This document shows positions 55,949 to 63,427 of a stretch of 64,000 bases of DNA, in pieces; position 1 is the first letter of the stretch; every line of letters begins with the position of its first letter. A program made the translations under genes and the position numbers. Origin of the DNA: an uncultured Clostridia bacterium (lineage in GTDB: Bacteria; Bacillota; Clostridia; Christensenellales; UBA1242); contig CALVZE010000002.1 in NCBI GenBank assembly GCA_944372445.1, forward strand, positions 37,175 through 101,174, in the 5' to 3' direction. Below the pieces are notes generated by a model that was not told the DNA's origin, searched no databases, and saw nothing but the letters and a program-made list of their open reading frames with translations.

Positions 55949-56702
55949 TTTGGAAATCCTATCAGAAGATAAAATTTTAACTTTAAAGAATAACAAAGAT
56001 CAAGTACTTGATTGTATGTTGTCTAGCAGTGATAATTCTTGGTTAAAAGATTTTTTCCGTGAAGAAAATCCTTTTTCAAAATCGAAATTAATGGTGAAAG
56101 ACTTTGATTTAAAGATAGCTAATGATGAAAATTTATCTACATTTGATTTAGATAATGCTATAACATTGCACGAGAATTTACATTTGACAGATAGTCAGGC
56201 TTGTGATGAAAGATTATGGATAAGTCTATGTTTGGGTAAATTCTATGATTATATGCAAAGTCGATGGAACGTCAAAACAAGATCAAATCTAAGTGAACAC
56301 TGGCTATTTCCACACGGACAAAAAAGAGGATTGTATTTTAATGGAATTTCAAGATTATATTGGTTTGCTCATATTACTTATGATGAAACTCTTGATGATC
56401 CTTATGAAATAACTAAATTTTGTTTTAAGGATATTAATATCGTTTTGCAAATGATATATAGAGGATATTCAAATTCTAAAAATGTAAGATTGGCTTTATT
56501 AAAAGCTATAAAAGTCTTTGTAGAAGATGGTGGCACTTATAATAGGAAAATATTACACGAGATTTTAAAATACGTATCTTTTTTAGGGGGAGCATATATT
56601 TTAGATTCTTTTACCGAAAAAGAATTATTTGATAAGTGTTATTTGAAATTAATTGATTTGTATATCGAAGAATATCCAGATCAAAAGATTTTTAAATTGT
56701 GA
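55938..56702 (+). CDS. hypothetical protein, partner 2
   Basis: About 254 aa. An AAGGAG SD is at 55926-55931, and ATGATGACTAA overlaps the previous stop. I recognise no motif. Confidence 0.55.
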   Translation: MMTNLEILSEDKILTLKNNKDQVLDCMLSSSDNSWLKDFFREENPFSKSKLMVKDFDLKIANDENLSTFDLDNAITLHENLHLTDSQACDERLWISLCLGKFYDYMQSRWNVKTRSNLSEHWLFPHGQKRGLYFNGISRLYWFAHITYDETLDDPYEITKFCFKDINIVLQMIYRGYSNSKNVRLALLKAIKVFVEDGGTYNRKILHEILKYVSFLGGAYILDSFTEKELFDKCYLKLIDLYIEEYPDQKIFKL

Positions 56703-56703
56703 G

Positions 56704-56838
56704 ATGGCTATGGGAAGAAGAAAAAATATACCGTTATGGTTTGTGCCAATACATTTTGGTTATAGTTTTATTAAAGATATATTATCGTGGAAGGTCCCGG
56801 GGAATGGGAAACGACGCAGAAGAAGAAGGAAATACTGA
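56704..56838 (+). CDS. 44-aa micro-ORF with an Arg6 C-terminal tail
   Basis: The peptide is MAMGRRKNIPLWFVPIHFGYSFIKDILSWKVPGNGKRRRRRRKY. It starts 2 nt after the upstream stop. Its TGA overlaps the SNF2 ATG as TGATG. Confidence 0.4.
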   Translation: MAMGRRKNIPLWFVPIHFGYSFIKDILSWKVPGNGKRRRRRRKY

Positions 56839-59441
56839 TGATAATTAGTAATAACTTGCAGGCACATTACATTGCTAAAAAGATAAATAAGCAATATGAG
56901 ATAGGGAAGAAAGAAAACTTAATACCGGTTTATCTAAATAACGGTATTGAGATTTTTTCTCATCAAATTTATGCCGCTTGTTATGCTTTATCAAATCCTT
57001 TTGTGAAAGGCTTTATTTTGGCAGATGAGGCAGGGCTTGGAAAAACTATGGAAGCACTTTTAATTGTTTCTCAGTATGCAAGAAGAGAAAAACGAGTGCT
57101 GATTATTGTTCCATCGCCAACAGTTAATGACTGGCTTTTAGATATAATTAGAAAGTTTGAAATAAGGTGCTACATTTTAGAAAATATTGAAAGACCTATA
57201 AATGAAATGTATAGGACTAGTTTAGATAAATTTGAATACGGAGTAGTATTAACGACGTATGATTATGTCTTGTCTAATAGTGAGAAGTTTAATGAATATA
57301 ATTGGAATTTATGTGTTTTAGATGAAGCGCATAGATTTAGAAGTTATAAAATTAAAGAAAACAAAACGGCGGAAACAATTTTATCTATAATTCCAAATGC
57401 AAAGAAAATTTTGCTTACTGCTACGCCAATACAAAAGAATGAAGATGATATTTTTGGACTTATAAATTTCATTGATGACAGCATATTTACCGACTATGAC
57501 GAATTTCACAAAAAGTATTTTAGAAAGCCTGAAAACTATCCAGAGTTAAGAGATATTATTGCGCCATATACATTTAGAACATTGCGTAGTCAAGTGCGTT
57601 TGGAAACAAAACTTACAGAGCGCGAGATTTTAACTCAAATATATAAAATGACGGAAGATGAAGAAAAACTTTACAAGATGATTGAGAGTTATATCTCAAA
57701 ATCGTCGCGCTTTGCTTTTCCAGAAATGGACCCTTATGAATTATCTTTAATGCTTTATGGGACACTGTCATCTTCGGCGTATGCTTTAAGTAAAACATTG
57801 TCGGGCATTTATGCAAGATTAAACAAAAGACCAACACAAGAAAATCAAAAAGAGATTGAAGAAATTCGTGATATGCTTGATGTGGCAAGTAAGATTAAGA
57901 TAAACAATAAAGATAAAATGCTTCTTGCCGCACTAGAAAAAACTTTTTCGTCTTTTCACAAAAAGGGGTTGCCTAAAAAGTGTGTTATTTTTACAGGCAA
58001 CACACAGTCACAAGAACATATCCATAAACTTTTAATGGAATATACTGACTATTTAATTTGTTCTTTTAATGGCACAACCGATGATGAACCTATTAAGAAG
58101 TTTTTAAAAAGTGAAAATCCTAGTGTGTTGATTTCTACCGACAAAGGCAATGAAAGTTTGAATTGGCAAAACGCTTGCTTTATTATTAACTATGACTTTC
58201 CACAAGTTTTGCTTGATATGGAGCAAAGAATTTCTCGTTGCCATAGGATAGGGCAGGCAAGTGATGTTTTTGTCATCAATTTTATATGCCCGGACAACTT
58301 TTCAGATGTGAGAATGTATGAACTTTTTTATAAGCGTGTCAATATTTCAAACAGCATTGTTGGTGCAAGTGACAAAATTATCTCTGGTGCGATTGATGGG
58401 AATATAGAGCAAAACATTGTAGATATTTTGTCAGGTGTGAGAAAGAAAAAAGAAGTGCAAATGGATTTTGCTGATTTGGGCGAGCAATTTAAGCAAGAAC
58501 TTGAAGAAATAAGAAACGACGCTAACACAATGCTTTTTAACACATTCAACAAGAATTTGATTGAACGCACAAAAAATATGGCAGAGATTATTCGAAAGCA
58601 GGTTAGCGACTTAAAATCGACTATAAGTGACCTTGCTCATTACTATTTTAAAGATAAGTTTATCACGGACACAGAGTTTGAAGTTAAAACAAAATGGCAC
58701 GACAAAAATGTTTATGCCAAGCCATTCGTTTACACTTTGACAAACAATAAAGATTATTATCAATTTACATTAAATAGCGAACCTTGTAAAGATATGATTT
58801 TCAATCTCACTAGTTTTATAGACTTGAAACCAACGCATTATATAATGGAATCAAGCGAGAACAAGGGATTGAAAGGGTATATTGCTCACTTTAACATACA
58901 AATTTCAATGCAGTTTAATTTGTTTGATGAAAGTTTGCTTTTGGGAATTGACGAAAATGGCAATTTGTTAGATAGTGAAACTTGTGAACAAATTTTAATG
59001 ATGAAAGGAACTCCACAAAATGAAGAGCAATTAGATGAACAAGTTGTGAATAAATTAAACGAACTTGCTGATGAAAAGATACCTGAAATCATCGAAAGTT
59101 TGAAGATAAAATATAGCGAAGATTTAAAGCTTCCAATTTCACATCTTAATATGATTGCAAACGACAAGAAAGTAAAACTTGAAAAAGAAATCAAAGCCTT
59201 ACAAAAAGAAATTGATAATTTAAAAGATAATTCTTATGGTGATAATTTTGGTGATAAATTTGCTAAAAATCAACAGATAAATGAACTCACAGAGAAACTT
59301 TTTGAGTTAAAAGACAATGAATTTCTTGAAAAATCTAAAATAAATCGTGAATTAAAGGCAAAAAGTGAAGAATTATCTAAAAATTTGGAAGTAAAGATAC
59401 ACAAATCAAATGATTTTATGATATACTTTGAAATGAGGTAG
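56838..59441 (+). CDS. SNF2-family (SF2) helicase/translocase
   Basis: Motif I is LADEAGLGKT (57024-57047) and motif II is DEAH (57321-57332). Motif III is LLLTATPIQKN and motif VI is RISRCHRIGQ (58236-58256). A coiled-coil-like C-terminus follows. Confidence 0.85.
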   Translation: MIISNNLQAHYIAKKINKQYEIGKKENLIPVYLNNGIEIFSHQIYAACYALSNPFVKGFILADEAGLGKTMEALLIVSQYARREKRVLIIVPSPTVNDWLLDIIRKFEIRCYILENIERPINEMYRTSLDKFEYGVVLTTYDYVLSNSEKFNEYNWNLCVLDEAHRFRSYKIKENKTAETILSIIPNAKKILLTATPIQKNEDDIFGLINFIDDSIFTDYDEFHKKYFRKPENYPELRDIIAPYTFRTLRSQVRLETKLTEREILTQIYKMTEDEEKLYKMIESYISKSSRFAFPEMDPYELSLMLYGTLSSSAYALSKTLSGIYARLNKRPTQENQKEIEEIRDMLDVASKIKINNKDKMLLAALEKTFSSFHKKGLPKKCVIFTGNTQSQEHIHKLLMEYTDYLICSFNGTTDDEPIKKFLKSENPSVLISTDKGNESLNWQNACFIINYDFPQVLLDMEQRISRCHRIGQASDVFVINFICPDNFSDVRMYELFYKRVNISNSIVGASDKIISGAIDGNIEQNIVDILSGVRKKKEVQMDFADLGEQFKQELEEIRNDANTMLFNTFNKNLIERTKNMAEIIRKQVSDLKSTISDLAHYYFKDKFITDTEFEVKTKWHDKNVYAKPFVYTLTNNKDYYQFTLNSEPCKDMIFNLTSFIDLKPTHYIMESSENKGLKGYIAHFNIQISMQFNLFDESLLLGIDENGNLLDSETCEQILMMKGTPQNEEQLDEQVVNKLNELADEKIPEIIESLKIKYSEDLKLPISHLNMIANDKKVKLEKEIKALQKEIDNLKDNSYGDNFGDKFAKNQQINELTEKLFELKDNEFLEKSKINRELKAKSEELSKNLEVKIHKSNDFMIYFEMR

Positions 59442-59443
59442 AG

Positions 59444-60580
59444 ATGTTTAGAGCTTGGGAAACCTTTGATGAAAAACTTGATAAATTTTTAAAGAAAAAG
59501 TTAGATTATGAAAATAGTGATTTTCATAGTGATTTTTTGCTTGAAAAATTGCAGAAAGAAATTGAGGAACATTTATTTTTGGAGAAAAGAATAAATGAAG
59601 TGTTTAAATTATTACAAAGTCAGTTTAAGTTTAGTGAAGAAATATTGAAAAGTATAATTCTTCCAGATTCAAGTTTATTCAAATTATCAAATAAAGATAT
59701 TATTTTGAGATTTAAATACTATATTGAGTTATTTGGCAATAAAGACCTTTTGTGTAAGGTTATTAAGGGATTGAGTTGCTTTTATGGAAACGATAAGTTA
59801 TTTAGTTGGAAAGATATGTATCAAGCAAAAAGGCAAATGGATTGGATAAAAGAATTTTTTAATTTAGATGAATATAGCACAAGAATTTTTATTATTAATA
59901 ATACATATTTTTTTGCAAAAGAACCTAAAAAGTTAGAGCAAAAAATAGAAGATTATGCGAAAATTCTTGGAGTAGATGTTGAAGTCATAAAAGATATTTG
60001 CTTATTTACACCGAGCGGGTTTTACAGTAGCACTACTGAAAGACTAGAAGAAAAAGTAAATAGGTTTTCAGAAATATTTCAAATAGATTTGAATACAACA
60101 AAAAAACTATTTGTCAAATATCCATTTTTAATAAATAATCCAATTACAATATACACAAAATGTTTTAATTTATTAAAACATTTATCAGCAAATGCTTCAT
60201 CTTTAATAGTTGAGAATCCATTTATTATTGATTTGCTTAATTACGATGAAAAAACTTATTGTGGAAATTTTGACAGATTTGATGATTTTATTGACAATAT
60301 TAAATTTATTAAACAAAATATAGGTGAAATAATTCGAGCCTATTCTTGGATACATAATGATAAATTATTTTCATTTTGTATAGTAAAAAAAAGTGATAAC
60401 AAAATAGAATGTGTTGTTTTTGGCCTTAAATGTGGAGATGTATTAAATACAAATATAGATAAATTTTATTTGCATAATGAATGGATAATTCCTAGCTATT
60501 TACTTATGAATTGTAAAGAAAATTATGTGGAGAATATGCTTGAAGAAATATTAGAAGATATTTCTAAAAAAGTTGAGTAA
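59444..60580 (+). CDS. helical-repeat protein (mTERF-like periodicity), function unknown
   Basis: 378 aa with about six units of 35-37 aa. Examples are SEEILKSIILPDSSLFKLSNKDIILRFKYYIELFG and VDVEVIKDICLFTPSGF...RLEEKVNRFSEIFQ. It starts 3 nt after the SNF2 stop. Confidence 0.45.
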   Translation: MFRAWETFDEKLDKFLKKKLDYENSDFHSDFLLEKLQKEIEEHLFLEKRINEVFKLLQSQFKFSEEILKSIILPDSSLFKLSNKDIILRFKYYIELFGNKDLLCKVIKGLSCFYGNDKLFSWKDMYQAKRQMDWIKEFFNLDEYSTRIFIINNTYFFAKEPKKLEQKIEDYAKILGVDVEVIKDICLFTPSGFYSSTTERLEEKVNRFSEIFQIDLNTTKKLFVKYPFLINNPITIYTKCFNLLKHLSANASSLIVENPFIIDLLNYDEKTYCGNFDRFDDFIDNIKFIKQNIGEIIRAYSWIHNDKLFSFCIVKKSDNKIECVVFGLKCGDVLNTNIDKFYLHNEWIIPSYLLMNCKENYVENMLEEILEDISKKVE

Positions 60581-60599
60581 AAATCAAGGGAGTAATAAA

Positions 60600-62588
60600 A
60601 TGAATAAATTAGACGGACAAAGTATGGATTTGGTTAAGGAAAATGTGGAAAAACTTAAAGAGTTGTTTCCTAGCATTGTGAAGGAAGATAAGATTGATTT
60701 TGATGAGTTGGAGTTGCTTTTAGGCGAAAATATAAACCGCAACAATGAGCAATATTCTTTTACTTGGAATGGTAAGACGGAAGCAACTAAACTTGCTCAA
60801 AAGCGTTCCACAGGCACTCTGCGTCCTTGCAAAGAAGAAAGTAAAGATTGGGATAACACTCAGAACCTTTATATCGAAGGGGATAACTTGGAAGTGTTAA
60901 GACTTTTGCAGGCGTCTTATAATGGTAGAATTAAAATGATATACATAGATCCGCCATACAACACTGGTCACGATTTTGTGTATAAAGATAACTTTGAAGA
61001 TAATATCAAAAATTATAAAGAGCAAACAGGACAAGCACAAAAATCAAATGCAGATACAGATGGTCGTTATCACACAAATTGGCTTAATATGATGTATCCA
61101 CGCCTTAAACTTGCAAGAAATTTGCTTACTGATGATGGTGTAATATTTATTTCAATAGATGATAACGAACAGGCAAATTTGAAGAAAATTTGTGATGAAG
61201 TTTTTGGCGAAAATAATTTTATAGGAATTATGCCAAGAATTACTAAAAAATCTGGGAAGCAACATAGTGACACAATTGCCAAAAATAATGATTACCTTAT
61301 AATCTATTCTAAAAATCTTTACGAAATAAGTTTTAATGGATTAGAGTCAACAGGGGAAGGTTTTGATAATGTTGATGAGTATGTAAATGAGAGAGGAAAA
61401 TATAAGTTAAATCAAACATTAGACTATGATTCGCTCTGGTATAATCCAACGATGGATTTTGAGATTAAGGTTGGAAATAATATTTATTATGCAGGTGGAA
61501 GTAAAGAAAAACACGATGAAAGACATAATGGCAACCATAATGCAAAAGATTGGGTTTGGAGATGGAGTAAAGCAAAATTTGATTTTGGTTATCAAAATGG
61601 GTTTGTTGTAATTAAAGAAGGCAAAGATAGACCTAGAATATATACAAAAACTTATCAAAATGCAAAAATAGATAAGGACGCTAGTGGAAGATATTACATA
61701 AATTATGTTTCAAGAGATAACACAATTAGTTCACTAGAATTTGTTAACAATATATATTCAAATGATAATGCAAAAAAAGATTTGGCAGAAGTAATAGATC
61801 CAAATTATTTTGACTTTCCAAAACCTATAAGTCTAATAAAAAAATTAATTCAATTAATATGCAACAAACAAGATATAGTATTGGATTTCTTTTCTGGATC
61901 AGCAACAACTGCACAAGCAGTTATGGAATACAATCTTGAACACAAAACTAACATCAAGTATCTTTGCGTTCAATTACCTGAAAAAATTGAAGAAAATTCA
62001 AAGGCATACTCTGATGGACTTAAAAATATTTGTGATATAGCATTAACCAGAATAAAAAATGCAGGAGAAGCGCTTGAACATAAATTTATAGAGAATAATA
62101 AGATACTAAATCATACTAAGGAAACAAAAAATCCATTACACAGTTTTTTAAAAGAGTGGGATAAATTGATTTCGTTCGATACAGGTTTTAAAGTATTTAA
62201 ATTAGATAGTTCAAATCTTAAAAAGTGGGATAATACACCAACGAGAGATGTTGATACTCTTAAAGCTAGAATTCAAACAAGTATGGATTATCTTAAAGAT
62301 GATAGAAATGAATTTGATTTAGTTTATGAAGTTATGCTTAAATATGGAATTGACTTATCATATCCTGTAAAAAAGACAGAAAATGAAAAGGCATACATTG
62401 TTGAAGCACCAGAATACAAACTTTTAGTTTGCACAATGCCAAATATATCACTTGACGATGTTGAAAGTTTTGCAAATGAAAATGTTGGAACATATCTCTT
62501 TGCTGACCGTTGCTTTGGCTCTGACAGTTTACTTATCAATACCGAAGAAATCCTAAAATCTCGCAACAAAGAAATGAGGTTGTTTTAA
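60600..62588 (+). CDS. mod: type III R-M Mod-like N6-adenine/N4-cytosine DNA methyltransferase (beta class)
   Basis: The DPPY catalytic motif (IYIDPPYNTG, 60948-60959) comes before the AdoMet motif DFFSGSATT. A variable middle region acts as the target-recognition domain. AAGGGAG SD. Confidence 0.85.
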   Translation: MNKLDGQSMDLVKENVEKLKELFPSIVKEDKIDFDELELLLGENINRNNEQYSFTWNGKTEATKLAQKRSTGTLRPCKEESKDWDNTQNLYIEGDNLEVLRLLQASYNGRIKMIYIDPPYNTGHDFVYKDNFEDNIKNYKEQTGQAQKSNADTDGRYHTNWLNMMYPRLKLARNLLTDDGVIFISIDDNEQANLKKICDEVFGENNFIGIMPRITKKSGKQHSDTIAKNNDYLIIYSKNLYEISFNGLESTGEGFDNVDEYVNERGKYKLNQTLDYDSLWYNPTMDFEIKVGNNIYYAGGSKEKHDERHNGNHNAKDWVWRWSKAKFDFGYQNGFVVIKEGKDRPRIYTKTYQNAKIDKDASGRYYINYVSRDNTISSLEFVNNIYSNDNAKKDLAEVIDPNYFDFPKPISLIKKLIQLICNKQDIVLDFFSGSATTAQAVMEYNLEHKTNIKYLCVQLPEKIEENSKAYSDGLKNICDIALTRIKNAGEALEHKFIENNKILNHTKETKNPLHSFLKEWDKLISFDTGFKVFKLDSSNLKKWDNTPTRDVDTLKARIQTSMDYLKDDRNEFDLVYEVMLKYGIDLSYPVKKTENEKAYIVEAPEYKLLVCTMPNISLDDVESFANENVGTYLFADRCFGSDSLLINTEEILKSRNKEMRLF

Positions 62589-63413
62589 ATGCAAAATAAT
62601 AATATATTGGGAATTTCAAAAAGACATTTTACTGTTTATATAATTACTTTTTTAATTTCTATTGGTTTAATTTTTTGTGTATTTGTTCCAGATGAAAATT
62701 GGTCAATGATATGTGTATCAATAGGCACAGGTGGTGTTACGTCGGCCCTTGTAGGTTATTTTATAGATTTAGTTAACAGGCAACAAACACTTGATATAAG
62801 AAGTAAAAGTTTAGCAGAATTTGTTATACAATATAAACAATATATTCAACAATTCATGTTTGATGTTTTCTTCATATTAGTTTTTCATTATAATGAACTA
62901 GAAAAAACTAAATGTTATTCAATTTCATTAAACAATTTTAAAGAAAAGTTTCCACTTAAATTTGAAAAATTTGAATTTGAAGCATTTGAATTTGTTAGAG
63001 ATAAAAACTCCATTAAAACGAACGAAGAAAAGCATTATAAATATTTATGTTCAAAGAATGTTTTGCAAAATACTAGATTTAGAATATTGAATATAGCTGC
63101 TTGCATTGAAAAAATAATAGCACAGGATTTATACAATTTAACAGATTACTTTGATCAAGATGAAATAAAGTTGATGACTACAATTTATATGTATATAAAT
63201 AATACAGGATTTAATAATTTTGAAGACTATTTTTATGTTTTTAATTTATTAACTGATAAATCATTAACTAAAATAATAGGATTATATCCAATTGATAATA
63301 TAAAATATTATTATGAATATGAAAAGGTAAATGAGATTAAACAGAACAATATACAATGGTCTATATTTAATTCAAATTTAAACGATAAAAATAAGTCAAT
63401 TGAAGAATTATAA
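62589..63413 (+). CDS. two-TM membrane protein inserted between mod and res, function unknown
   Basis: 274 aa. The ATG directly abuts the mod TAA (TAAATG). TM helices are FTVYIITFLISIGLIFCVF and ICVSIGTGGVTSALVGYFI. A soluble domain of about 200 aa follows. Confidence 0.55.
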   Translation: MQNNNILGISKRHFTVYIITFLISIGLIFCVFVPDENWSMICVSIGTGGVTSALVGYFIDLVNRQQTLDIRSKSLAEFVIQYKQYIQQFMFDVFFILVFHYNELEKTKCYSISLNNFKEKFPLKFEKFEFEAFEFVRDKNSIKTNEEKHYKYLCSKNVLQNTRFRILNIAACIEKIIAQDLYNLTDYFDQDEIKLMTTIYMYINNTGFNNFEDYFYVFNLLTDKSLTKIIGLYPIDNIKYYYEYEKVNEIKQNNIQWSIFNSNLNDKNKSIEEL

Positions 63414-63427
63414 GGATAAATACAAAA

